From: a virus
Lineage: Duplodnaviria > Heunggongvirae > Uroviricota > Caudoviricetes
Reading direction: 5' to 3' (one strand)
Length of the DNA stretch: 64,000 nt
IMG/VR virus record: IMGVR_UViG_3300020050_013619
Span: 1-64,000 of that record
Made by a program: the position numbers and the translations under genes. Within the stretch, counting starts at the first letter, position 1; every line of letters begins with the position of its first letter. Under the pieces are notes generated by a model. The model was given only the letters and a program-made list of their open reading frames with translations, was not told the origin of the DNA and searched no databases. Of this stretch, positions 1 to 8,964 are shown piece by piece.

Positions 1-29
1 TTGAACTCAACTCTTCGTGGGTCTCGTTC

Positions 30-590
30 ATGGTTTTTGGAAACGGTGAAAAAAAGAACTTTTCATCAAAAAAGAACTTTATCAACTATTCAGCAAGAAC
101 GCCGCATCTTGTTCATTTGTGGCGACAACAGGCAAAAAATGCCGATAAATTGATACCAATGAGCGAAAAAGAAACGGCAGATGCAACGCCCAGTCAAAAG
201 CAAGTACAGGATGAGCAATTTACAAAGTTTTGTGCCGAGCATAACCTTGTCGAAAGCGAATTGACAAATGAGATATTTGTACCCTATCGTATGAAGTGGT
301 TTGATTGGTGTATGAAATACAATTCATCATTTGCAAAAATGAATTGGCAAGAATTCGGAGATAAGTACGGCGAGCATTATCAGAATTCTTGCACACGCCA
401 CGCACTGCGCACGCTTGACCAATTCATAAAAAACCTTTTAACGCCTATTTGGATACGTGATGTACCGTTCAATATTAAGGGTAAAATTGGCGATGGTGAT
501 GCAGTTGAATTTGAAGTGAATTACAAGAACAATATTGAGATTGTATTTGAGCAAGCTAAAAAAGAAGTGATTAAAGATGGGGAACAATAA
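30..590 (+). CDS. hypothetical protein (186 aa)
   Basis: Long ORF in the track; no recognisable motif. Confidence 0.45.
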   Translation: MVFGNGEKKNFSSKKNFINYSARTPHLVHLWRQQAKNADKLIPMSEKETADATPSQKQVQDEQFTKFCAEHNLVESELTNEIFVPYRMKWFDWCMKYNSSFAKMNWQEFGDKYGEHYQNSCTRHALRTLDQFIKNLLTPIWIRDVPFNIKGKIGDGDAVEFEVNYKNNIEIVFEQAKKEVIKDGEQ

Positions 591-643
591 ATCAACAACG
601 GAATATTTTAAATCAATTATCTAACGTTTTAAATTAAATTTTT

Positions 644-1408
644 ATGAATTTTAAAAAAATTAAGTTTGGAAGACTTTTGATTATCATTATCGGATATTTA
701 TCCGCCTTTACTTTTTTGCAAAAAATTGCGTCAGACCCAAGTTTGTCTGGACTTTATGCGTGGCTTCCATATATTGGATACGCTCTACTTATTTCAAGTA
801 TATTTTGGGGGCGCATAACAATGTCTAAATGGATTGGTACAATTCCGATTTTATTGGTATTTTTCTCATCTTGCAATTACATCGCTTCTGACAAAATTGG
901 TGTACGTGCTGAAAATTTTGGAAAGTCTCCAAGTGACTTCCATTTAGTGTACGGTAAATTTCCGCAAGATTGGTCTGCGTCATCGTGGAATATTGAATAT
1001 CCAGGACAATCGTTTGGGATTCCCGTTGATGGGTTTAATGTGTATTGCAAGGACGGTGTGTCACTATGGTGCGACCCCTCAGTATTGTGCGAATTGATAA
1101 GAACCGACGAAGCTTGTCAAAAGTATGCTTTTAAATTTTCGGCGTACCCAAGTCAAGAACAATTTGAAAAAGCTATCCAACAGGTTATTTTAAAGGAGTG
1201 CTTAGATGCTGTTAGAAATACGATAAACGAGTCTATTTCAGATTCAATTATCTTCAATCGTGCCAAGTACGAAACGCTGATGCAAAACCAATTATCAAAA
1301 GTTTTATTGGATAAATACGGCATTAATCTAAGTCAATTTTCTACAATTCTTGTACCACCACAGGAACTACAAAAAGCGATTAATGACCGCTTATTGGCGC
1401 ACTGTTAA
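644..1408 (+). CDS. hypothetical membrane protein (254 aa)
   Basis: N-terminal hydrophobic helices (LLIIIIGYLSAF, WLPYIGYALLISSIFWG, IPILLVFF); no catalytic motif seen. Confidence 0.45.
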   Translation: MNFKKIKFGRLLIIIIGYLSAFTFLQKIASDPSLSGLYAWLPYIGYALLISSIFWGRITMSKWIGTIPILLVFFSSCNYIASDKIGVRAENFGKSPSDFHLVYGKFPQDWSASSWNIEYPGQSFGIPVDGFNVYCKDGVSLWCDPSVLCELIRTDEACQKYAFKFSAYPSQEQFEKAIQQVILKECLDAVRNTINESISDSIIFNRAKYETLMQNQLSKVLLDKYGINLSQFSTILVPPQELQKAINDRLLAHC

Positions 1409-1814
1409 ATCTGTAAAGCAGCTTGTGTATAAAGTATTCAGTCAATACCTTATCGTCTGTTTCATCAGATAATCCTTTATACTCTTCGCAAATCGCACTA
1501 AGTTTTTGCTGTCGATTGTACCAAAATCTTTGTACAAGTTCATCAACTTCTTTATCGTCTGCCCCAAAGAAATCTTTATACTCATCGAGTATTTGAGGGA
1601 GCGTAGTTCCTGAATTAGACGTTGCGATAAACTCACCGATGCTGTACGCTCTAGCAAGTTGGTCTAATCCGAATACGGCACTACCTGTATCAACACCTAC
1701 GTGCGATATTCTCTTATTTTTAACTTTCCCATTAATTGAAAATAAAAAAATAATGTCTAAGTAATCCTTTTTTTCCTTTTTCTTCTTCATGTTGATTGCT
1801 TGTTTTACCCCCAA
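1380..1814 (-). CDS. hypothetical protein (144 aa)
   Basis: ORF directly downstream of the 1881..2666 gene on the same strand. Confidence 0.4.
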   Translation of the reverse strand: MGVKQAINMKKKKEKKDYLDIIFLFSINGKVKNKRISHVGVDTGSAVFGLDQLARAYSIGEFIATSNSGTTLPQILDEYKDFFGADDKEVDELVQRFWYNRQQKLSAICEEYKGLSDETDDKVLTEYFIHKLLYRFNSAPISGH

Positions 1815-1880
1815 ATAATCGCCGCCATCAGCAAGGCGATAAGGAGAATTTTGATTAATTTAGTTCCTATCGTTATTTGA

Positions 1881-2666
1881 TTAATTTTGTTCAATTCTTT
1901 TGAATTCGACGACCCAAACAAAAGGGTTGCTATCGAGCGATTCTTTGCCGTTTAGTTTTTCCCAAAGTGTATAATAACTCTCTTTTGCTTCATACGGAAA
2001 GTGTTCAAAAGAACCGTCTGGCTTACGTGTTGGATAGCCATGTTCCATATCATCAAGGTAGTTTCTGTAACAATTACGATGACCACCACTGTCGGGGTCG
2101 TAGAAAGACGGTCTCCAGTTCATGTCACCTTCTATTTCTTCAACACCTTCCGCAATCGCGTCTGCTTCGCTAATTTCATGCAACCGTTCAATTGAACGTT
2201 CAGTAATTTGCAATTTGATACGGCAAGCGTGTTTGGGCATAAAAAGCGACGGTCTCTTACGCCATCCAGTAATTTCTCTTTTTTTTTCTAATTGCTTTGG
2301 CGGGCAATCGGCATATAAGTACGCTTTTGATGTCGCAAGTGTCCAGTCTTGGAACTTCCATTTTTGAGTACCTTTTTTAGTCGTGCCATTCTTTACCCAA
2401 TGCCCGTAAGCGTAAAACGTTTCACGAACCCAAAGCACATCGCCCACTTGACCGTAAGGGCATTTGCCTATCGAAAAATACTTTTCAGTCGGTTCATTAT
2501 TTTCGAATATCTCAAAGTAGTATTCGTTTTCATGGTAACTATCAAAACGACAATCTTTTGACGTTACTAACTTTTTTGAATTTACCGTCCGTCTCGTTTG
2601 TGTCTTCGTTCCGTTAAGTAAAGCACGAACCATGTCTGTGCTGAATAAAATTGCGTGTTCTTTCAT
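1881..2666 (-). CDS. ASCH (PUA-like) domain-containing protein
   Basis: N-terminal LFSTDMVRALLNGTKTQTRR plus GDVLWVRETF resembles the ASCH/YqfB signature (G-K-T-x-T-R, GDVLRV). Confidence 0.45.
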   Translation of the reverse strand: MKEHAILFSTDMVRALLNGTKTQTRRTVNSKKLVTSKDCRFDSYHENEYYFEIFENNEPTEKYFSIGKCPYGQVGDVLWVRETFYAYGHWVKNGTTKKGTQKWKFQDWTLATSKAYLYADCPPKQLEKKREITGWRKRPSLFMPKHACRIKLQITERSIERLHEISEADAIAEGVEEIEGDMNWRPSFYDPDSGGHRNCYRNYLDDMEHGYPTRKPDGSFEHFPYEAKESYYTLWEKLNGKESLDSNPFVWVVEFKRIEQN

Positions 2667-2920
2667 TGTAAATCAAGTTGAATTTGTTTAGAATAGCCCA
2701 TTTGGGCAGGTGTTACCAATTCATCGGTATTGTAATCGTACTGAAAAAAATTATTGATAAACTTAGTCTCGTATGTTTTTTTATCAATTTCGACCAATAT
2801 CATATTGCAGTCACGGCAATGCGTTTCCTTTTTTGGGCAATTGTGCGCGACTGCTTCACATGTCGGGTCGATGCAAACTTTGAGGACTTTTTTATCCTGT
2901 TTATCCATTACGTTGTCCAT
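2663..2920 (-). CDS. small zinc-ribbon protein (85 aa)
   Basis: Cys/His pattern CIDPTC...HNC...HCRDC; start and stop abut the neighbouring genes. Confidence 0.4.
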   Translation of the reverse strand: MDNVMDKQDKKVLKVCIDPTCEAVAHNCPKKETHCRDCNMILVEIDKKTYETKFINNFFQYDYNTDELVTPAQMGYSKQIQLDLQ

Positions 2921-4701
2921 TACGCTACCCGTTTTTTAGTCAAATAAGATGTTTTAATAACGCCATGCAACGACTCGACAAGAGCTTTAGCAATGGCAGG
3001 GGGAACGGCGTTTCCAATGAATTTCTTCATATCGGCTTGCGTACCACATAGGATATAATCCTTTGGAAAGCCTGTGATGAGTTTGAGCTCCTGCACGTTG
3101 AGCATCCGCATCTTTATTTCATAGATGCCGTAAATGCTCATAAATTCCTTGATTTGTTTGGTTGCTGGACTGTCGTCGTCCTTAATTTCAATAGCCAATT
3201 CGCCCGTCTCTGCTGTTACAAGATAAGGGGGCATCTTGTCCATTCGCGCAATCAAAGTGAAACAAGGGTCATCAACACTCCGACCATTTGACTTGTATTG
3301 CGGATTCAATAACCAAGACTTTTTACCGCTGACTGTTATCATTGATAGCCTATCTTTCGTTGTAACCGTAGGCGATGGCTCATCAATACTTGCTACGTTC
3401 TGACCTGATTTATAATACTTCGCTAAAAACGTGCAATGTATTTTGGATAATGCGTCTTTTGTACGCACTGTCGGCGCAGGATTGTCAATACTCGCCACAT
3501 GACCGTCGCCACTGTAATACTTTGCTAAAAACTGTTGTGCCGAAATGATGTACAATTGACCACCACTTGCTGTTAATGTGCGCGCAGGTGCATTGAGTGA
3601 CGGATTGCGCCCATTTGCACCAAAATTGTTTTGCATTAAGAATTTAGCAGTCGCCAAACCTAAGCGACCTTGACACGTCACCGTTGGGCATGGTCTATTG
3701 ACATCGCAACCAGCGTTGATACCTGTTTTGGCGTTATTGCTCAAAAACTTAGGCATAAAGTGAGCCTTGACAACCGATGCGTGTGGAATGGTTGTAATTG
3801 TACCAATAGGCTGCTCAATACTACTTACTTTATGCTCGGGTTTTCCGCTGTAATAATTGGCGATAAACGAATCTTTACCACCAGCGACATATTTGACCAA
3901 TCCCGCGTAAATACGCTCCAAAGTCTTTTCACTGAGGGGTATCTTACGGTCAAAAATGCAATTGCCTTCATCCTCAAAATTAAGGCACTCTTTGACAGGT
4001 CGCCACGGTTTGAGGTTTGACGAAAAAAGCGTACCCACTTTAGCAACCTTTGAGTGCGTGGGTTGCGGAAAGCGGATTTCGTACCCCTTTTTTGCAAAAA
4101 TGCCAAAGTAACGAACACGTGTTGTCGGTGCGCCGTAGTCGGCACAGTTCAAAATGCGATACTCGTAATTGAATCCATACGAGCACATTTTCTTGACCCA
4201 TTTTATGTAGTCCGTACCCTTGTCTTTACTGATGGGTTTGCCGTTTTCGTCCAATTTGCCCCAACTCATAAACTCCTCTACATTCTCGATGTAGATAAAG
4301 TCGAAGTCAAATACTTCCTCGTATCTGAAAAGGCTATTAGCTAATGTACGGCTGTCCTCATTCCGTGCGCCGCCACCTTTGGCTTTTGAGAAATGGACAC
4401 ACTCCAGCGAAAACCAGCCACATTTCTTAGCGTATGGGTTTTCTTGCAATTCCTTGTCCATCAACTTTTTGATAGGTTCAAGGTGTGCTGTGCGTATGTC
4501 TTCAATAGCGTGATAACAGTCAGGATAATTAGCACTGTGCGACATAATGGCTTTTGGGTCATGGTTGATACACGCAACCACTTTTGCAACACTGTTACCG
4601 TTCGAGTCAACAGCTTCGTGAATGCCGTGCGTTGTACCGCCTGCACCGCAAAAGCCATCAATAAAAAGTTGGGTGATATTATCGTTTACTTGCTTTGTCA
4701 T
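2920..4701 (-). CDS. DNA (cytosine-5)-methyltransferase with six tandem TRD-like repeats
   Basis: Motif I FCGAGG, motif IV-like ECVHFSKAKGG, motif VI ENV, motif VIII TTRVRYFG, motif X GNAV; six ~33-aa repeats of the form FLxxYxxG...PxPTxT between motifs VIII and IX. Confidence 0.8.
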   Translation of the reverse strand: MTKQVNDNITQLFIDGFCGAGGTTHGIHEAVDSNGNSVAKVVACINHDPKAIMSHSANYPDCYHAIEDIRTAHLEPIKKLMDKELQENPYAKKCGWFSLECVHFSKAKGGGARNEDSRTLANSLFRYEEVFDFDFIYIENVEEFMSWGKLDENGKPISKDKGTDYIKWVKKMCSYGFNYEYRILNCADYGAPTTRVRYFGIFAKKGYEIRFPQPTHSKVAKVGTLFSSNLKPWRPVKECLNFEDEGNCIFDRKIPLSEKTLERIYAGLVKYVAGGKDSFIANYYSGKPEHKVSSIEQPIGTITTIPHASVVKAHFMPKFLSNNAKTGINAGCDVNRPCPTVTCQGRLGLATAKFLMQNNFGANGRNPSLNAPARTLTASGGQLYIISAQQFLAKYYSGDGHVASIDNPAPTVRTKDALSKIHCTFLAKYYKSGQNVASIDEPSPTVTTKDRLSMITVSGKKSWLLNPQYKSNGRSVDDPCFTLIARMDKMPPYLVTAETGELAIEIKDDDSPATKQIKEFMSIYGIYEIKMRMLNVQELKLITGFPKDYILCGTQADMKKFIGNAVPPAIAKALVESLHGVIKTSYLTKKRVA

Positions 4702-4837
4702 TATTTGTAGAAGATTTTTGAATATAGTAAGAAAGCGGAGGGGATTTAGGCAAAACGGGCATACTTACACCCAACTCCATAAGTACCGTAAGCCAAAGAC
4801 TTTGATAGATTTGTTTAGCTGTCATTGAATTGATATT

Positions 4838-4912
4838 TAATATTCCGTTGAAAAATAATTTTCACAAAGATATAATTAAATAATCTTAATCACAAATTTA
4901 ACATCTGTATTT
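4838..4912 (-). promoter_or_regulatory. early promoter region for the methyltransferase operon
   Basis: On the minus strand: TAAATTTG and TATCTTTG (TAnnTTTG-type -7 elements), the TGATTnnnATTATTTAAT box and the TTCAACGGAATAT leader motif. Confidence 0.5.
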
Positions 4913-4959
4913 TTAAAAAAATCAGATAATTTGCAGACAAACAAATCTGATTATCAATA

Positions 4960-5550
4960 ATGGCTGAATATATTGAATTACCGAGCAATAATCTTTACTC
5001 AAACGGATACCTAACGACACTTGACGACGGTGCTGTTGTCTTGGAGCGGAAACCCTTACGTATTGCGCCGCAAGAACAAGACCGTTGGCACATCGTTGAG
5101 TATGAGGATATGCTGGATGAATTGGCACATCGATATTACGGACAAATCGTTGACGATTCAGCTAAACTGTGGTGGATGATAGCCGATGCCAATGGACTGA
5201 CAAACCCTTTGGATTTGTCCAATAATATTGGCTCGTTGCTTTTGATTCCAGAGTATTTCAGAGTGCAACGATTGGCTTCAATTGACCAAACTGCCGATGA
5301 TACGGAACTACCCAATTACTTTCAAGTTGTTGGCAATCCACCTACGCCGATTAATCCACCAGACACACCAACCGAGGACGGTTCAGGTGTTGTTGATACA
5401 CCGTCTGAAAATGCGCCGCAATGGTTATTCTTAAAGCAGCCCAATGGAGGCTTTACGCTTGTTTCGGCTGACAATAACGGAATGCCAGAATTTACGCCTG
5501 CTAATCCGAACGATTTTGCTTCTTCGGTTATCTTTGAGGCAAAACCTTAG
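4960..5550 (+). CDS. hypothetical protein with Pro-rich C-terminal part (196 aa)
   Basis: Long ORF; NPPTPINPPDTPTEDGSG low-complexity segment. Confidence 0.45.
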   Translation: MAEYIELPSNNLYSNGYLTTLDDGAVVLERKPLRIAPQEQDRWHIVEYEDMLDELAHRYYGQIVDDSAKLWWMIADANGLTNPLDLSNNIGSLLLIPEYFRVQRLASIDQTADDTELPNYFQVVGNPPTPINPPDTPTEDGSGVVDTPSENAPQWLFLKQPNGGFTLVSADNNGMPEFTPANPNDFASSVIFEAKP

Positions 5551-5562
5551 TTTTTATCAAAA

Positions 5563-5601
5563 ATAAAAAGCCGTTATACCCCCTCAGTATAACGGCTTTG
5601 T
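5563..5601. terminator. bidirectional intrinsic terminator between convergent genes
   Basis: Stem GCCGTTATA/TATAACGGC with the CCCCCTCAG motif in the loop, followed by a T-run. Confidence 0.6.
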
Positions 5602-5615
5602 TTTTTACTCAAATA

Positions 5616-6512
5616 TCAAAACGGTAAATCCTTAGAACGAAAACCAGCCGCATTCTTATGTCCACCGCCTTTGCGACCCTCAAACTCAAATTGTGATGCC
5701 AGCTCTGCACAGTCAACAGGATTTTCCTTGTTTGCACCTTGACGCAGCGACACTTTCCAAGATTTTGTCTCATAAACATAATAAGCGAATGCCAATAAAT
5801 CGGGTTGCTCCTGGGCGTATCGTGGTGTGTTGTACCACATAGCACCATCGCCACCACCGATTGAAAGGAGTGTTTTATGACCCCGCCATTCAATGAGATT
5901 GGCAAACTTAGATTCCTTGTTGACCTGACTTTGTAAGTAGCCCAAAATGCAAACACCTTCGTGATATAGGCGCAAAACAGGAGCTTTTTCAATTGCCGCA
6001 AAATCACTTACTTTAGAGACCGCACCACGTACGGCATATTCAAAAGGCAATATTTCTGTTTCCCAATCATTTGAGCCAAAGCCATCAAACACATCATACC
6101 GACCAACCAATTCGACGAACTTAGGCTCTGTTTGATTGGGGTAGAAATACCGCCAAGTTAAACGGCACGCTGCCATTGTGCCGTACTTGATGATGCACAA
6201 GTCTTTGAGTCTGTCAAATGCTTCGTCATACGTTTTTTTGTGGTGGTCAATCCATGTCAACTGATTGAATATCGCTAATTCAACCATATCCTCCAACGGT
6301 AACGAAATATCCAGCATATAGACCAACGACCTGCGTGGAATGCTTTTGATTTCATCCAATGACCGACCGTAATCATAGCCGATTAGAACAACTTCAAAAT
6401 CAATTTCTAAAAGGGCTTTTTGGGCGATGTAGGCAGACAACAAACCGTCGTTGTCCGCATCGTGGTGAATGATATATACCTTACTCATTGTCAATAAAGT
6501 TTTTAAGTTCAA
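5616..6512 (-). CDS. DHH/DHHA1-family phosphoesterase (NrnA/RecJ-like nanoRNase or phosphodiesterase)
   Basis: Motif I IIHHDADNDG, DHH motif WIDHH, DHHA1 motif GGGHKNAAGF. Confidence 0.8.
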   Translation of the reverse strand: MNLKTLLTMSKVYIIHHDADNDGLLSAYIAQKALLEIDFEVVLIGYDYGRSLDEIKSIPRRSLVYMLDISLPLEDMVELAIFNQLTWIDHHKKTYDEAFDRLKDLCIIKYGTMAACRLTWRYFYPNQTEPKFVELVGRYDVFDGFGSNDWETEILPFEYAVRGAVSKVSDFAAIEKAPVLRLYHEGVCILGYLQSQVNKESKFANLIEWRGHKTLLSIGGGDGAMWYNTPRYAQEQPDLLAFAYYVYETKSWKVSLRQGANKENPVDCAELASQFEFEGRKGGGHKNAAGFRSKDLPF

Positions 6513-6711
6513 TAATCATTTTTACAAACTCATCTTTCATCAGTTTGATGTCGGCTGGCAGTATCCGAGCCGTACCAAACTGATTCATTTTTTGCGTTAA
6601 CTTGATGCGCGCCTCTTTGCCCAATGTGGGATACATGCGCTTTGCCAATTCCGAGCGTTTGATAAAATCGGGAATTTGCGGTTTTTCGTTCTTAGGTTTG
6701 TCCATATCCAT
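6481..6711 (-). CDS. hypothetical small protein (76 aa)
   Basis: ORF overlapping the DHH gene start by 32 nt, in the same operon. Confidence 0.35.
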   Translation of the reverse strand: MDMDKPKNEKPQIPDFIKRSELAKRMYPTLGKEARIKLTQKMNQFGTARILPADIKLMKDEFVKMIIELKNFIDNE

Positions 6712-6776
6712 AATTGAGAATATTATTTTAGCCAGCTTTTTACGGCTGGCTTTGTTGGTGAAAAAATGTATTTTAA

Positions 6777-7676
6777 TTATTGTGCGAAAATAGTCTTAGC
6801 GATTGGCTTACAAAGTTGTTTTGTTGCATACAAAGCGTTATCCGTAATTTTTCTTTGCCATGCCGAGTAAGTAGGCGACCAACGATAACCGTGCGATTTG
6901 AGTTCTTTACGTGTTTTGTCATCGGGTTTTTCATCAAATAAAATCTGAACTCTATCGGCTTCATAATTCACTTGTACCTCACCACCATCAAACTGCCAAC
7001 CTTTGACTTCACCTGATTCTTTTTGTTTTTCACGCAAAGCAATTTTGTTTTCCAATTCCTCTACACGACTTTCAAGCCTTTTGATATTGGCATTGTTATT
7101 CGTTAATTCATAGGACTGAAAACCTTTTGATTGATAGCTGTATGGCGGGTTAAGTAAACTATGTATGGTTTGTGGTTTAATACCCATTTCTGTCAATAAT
7201 TCAACCGCATTACTTTTGCGACAAATAGCGTTGATTTCTTTCATGTACTTCTGCTTGTATGAACGTCTCGCCAAATCAGTACGTGCCTTTTCCAATTCAC
7301 CATCGGGCGTTGTGGGTCTTGCCTCTCTGTTGACACGTTTGAAGAACTTATTACGCCAATCATTAAAGATATTATAGGCGTTTTCCTCCGACCGATTGGC
7401 TTTTTCCGCTTTACGTGTTGGGAACTTAGATGGTCCTGTTATCATAGACGAAAAGCAATTGCACTTACGGTGCATCCAAGCAACAAAAAGGTTTTCAAAC
7501 TTTGTCTCATAGCGAGATATGGTTTCATCATCAGCACCACCGTTACGCAGTTGTTCAATATCAGAGTCAAGCATTTGACTGTATTCGCGGACATACATTT
7601 CACCACGTTGTTCGGGTCTGAAACTTGTCCAGTAGTGCGCTCTTACGCACAATTCTAAGTGTTTTTGTAATTTCAT
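6777..7676 (-). CDS. hypothetical protein (299 aa)
   Basis: Long ORF with a central coiled-coil region; no motif recognised. Confidence 0.5.
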   Translation of the reverse strand: MKLQKHLELCVRAHYWTSFRPEQRGEMYVREYSQMLDSDIEQLRNGGADDETISRYETKFENLFVAWMHRKCNCFSSMITGPSKFPTRKAEKANRSEENAYNIFNDWRNKFFKRVNREARPTTPDGELEKARTDLARRSYKQKYMKEINAICRKSNAVELLTEMGIKPQTIHSLLNPPYSYQSKGFQSYELTNNNANIKRLESRVEELENKIALREKQKESGEVKGWQFDGGEVQVNYEADRVQILFDEKPDDKTRKELKSHGYRWSPTYSAWQRKITDNALYATKQLCKPIAKTIFAQ

Positions 7677-7744
7677 TATTAAGATATTGAAATTAGCTCA
7701 ACCATCTAAAATAGCTAATTGAGCTAAGGATAATTTAAGAATTG

Positions 7745-8602
7745 TTAAAATAAACCAGCAATGATACGATCATCAATAAATGACTTGTCAACTACATCAA
7801 CCTTGCCCAATGCTGTTTTGTAGCAATATTTATTTGCCTCGTCAACAACGGACACTATTGTACAATCACTTTCACCATTGGATTTTAGCAGTCTTTCAAT
7901 ACATAATAAAACCTTGTCGTCATCTGATTTGACCACCGCCTTAACCTTGACATACTGCGCAATCTTATCAAAATAGTAACCCCCAATGCGATTACCACCT
8001 GTATCAAAACACTCGGCATAAAACCGACCTGCCGTAATCGTGCTTTCCTTTGACAGATACGACGTGATGATTTTCTCTTTGCCCAAACGATTGACTAAAA
8101 CATAGCCTGCCGAAAGTGTTTGCCAAAATGCTGCAAACTGCTCGGCTGTTTTGATTTGCGATAAGTCAACAACCGACTCACTCACTTTCTCCGTTTTGTC
8201 GGAAACAGTTGATGGAGTGGTGGGCTTCTGTTTTTGTTTAGGGGCTTGCAAATCAGTAACAACTAACAGGATTGTTTTGAGGTCATCTGCTTTCATCTCA
8301 AAACGACCTTTATCATTTTTGGTGAAAACAGGATTGACCTGTTTAGCGGCTTTCAAAAGTGTTGCTTTGTCGCAACCAACAGGACCAACTGAATCAGCCC
8401 ACAATGAACGGTTCAATGCCGTCAACTCGTTGAAAGTAATTGTTTGCGGATTTTCAGCAACAACTGGCTCAACCGTTTTAGATTCCTCAACCCCCTCAGT
8501 AACGGCTTCTTTCTCAATCCGTTCGCGGTTCATATTGAACAGCCGTTTGGCAATTGCATTGATACCGCATTGCACAATCGGCAGTCTGTTACCCGAAAGC
8601 AA
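7745..8602 (-). CDS. hypothetical protein (285 aa)
   Basis: Long ORF, no motif recognised. Confidence 0.5.
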   Translation of the reverse strand: MLSGNRLPIVQCGINAIAKRLFNMNRERIEKEAVTEGVEESKTVEPVVAENPQTITFNELTALNRSLWADSVGPVGCDKATLLKAAKQVNPVFTKNDKGRFEMKADDLKTILLVVTDLQAPKQKQKPTTPSTVSDKTEKVSESVVDLSQIKTAEQFAAFWQTLSAGYVLVNRLGKEKIITSYLSKESTITAGRFYAECFDTGGNRIGGYYFDKIAQYVKVKAVVKSDDDKVLLCIERLLKSNGESDCTIVSVVDEANKYCYKTALGKVDVVDKSFIDDRIIAGLF

Positions 8603-8614
8603 TTGCGTTACATC

Positions 8615-8761
8615 TTAGCGAACAAAGCGTTTGCCTTCTCCTGCAAGGCGTTGCGATACATAAGCGAGAATCTCGGTTTCGCTTTTTGCGGTTTTGGCAA
8701 ATTTGATTAATGCCGTTGTGGTTTCTTTTACTGAATCCGATACTTGAACTTGTGATTTCAT
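8615..8761 (-). CDS. possible small protein (48 aa), first gene of the minus-strand early operon
   Basis: My own translation gives MKSQVQVSDSVKETTTALIKFAKTAKSETEILAYVSQRLAGEGKRFVR. The ATG sits just downstream of the AACGGAATATC leader motif and promoter; it is below the ORF-track size cutoff. Confidence 0.3.
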   Translation of the reverse strand: MKSQVQVSDSVKETTTALIKFAKTAKSETEILAYVSQRLAGEGKRFVR

Positions 8762-8803
8762 CTCTTAGATATTTTAATTATTAAAAAAATATGATTTAGA
8801 TAT

Positions 8804-8840
8804 TCCGTTTTTTCTTTCACAAAGATATATCTGTTTGTTT
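8804..8840 (-). promoter_or_regulatory. early promoter (minus strand) for the 8761..5616 operon
   Basis: On the minus strand: TATATCTTTGTGAAAG (TAnnTTTG) followed by AAAAACGGAATATC. Confidence 0.45.
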
Positions 8841-8964
8841 AGATTATCAAATATTGAATGATAATTTTTACATAATTTTTAAATATTTTTTCTTGCTCGT
8901 TATTGATGAAATCTTTGATTAAATAAATGAAAGTCCGTTACTTGCCAAAAGACTAAATAGCTTA

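Noticed and set aside
220-405. 61-aa minus-strand ORF inside the 30..590 gene
   Set aside because: Lies fully inside a longer ORF on the opposite strand with no start context; typical antisense shadow ORF.
1967-2561. Several plus-strand ORFs (1967..2173, 2001..2195, 2122..2367, 2349..2561) overlapping the ASCH-like gene
   Set aside because: All are antisense to the longer 1881..2666 ORF, which has a recognisable domain signature; no promoter or leader motif.
3670-4710. Antisense and alternate-frame ORFs inside the C5-methyltransferase gene (3670..4020, 3825..4145, 4054..4344, 4393..4710, 4461..4661)
   Set aside because: The methyltransferase reading frame carries motifs I through X along its whole length; the overlapping ORFs are artefacts.
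4653-4817. Possible 54-aa upstream ORF on the minus strand overlapping the methyltransferase start
   Set aside because: Overlaps the MTase start in another frame; no independent support; more likely untranslated leader.
8151-8710. Plus-strand ORFs 8151..8618 and 8444..8710
   Set aside because: Antisense to the 7745..8602 gene and to the small minus-strand gene; the promoter and leader motif orientation supports the minus strand.
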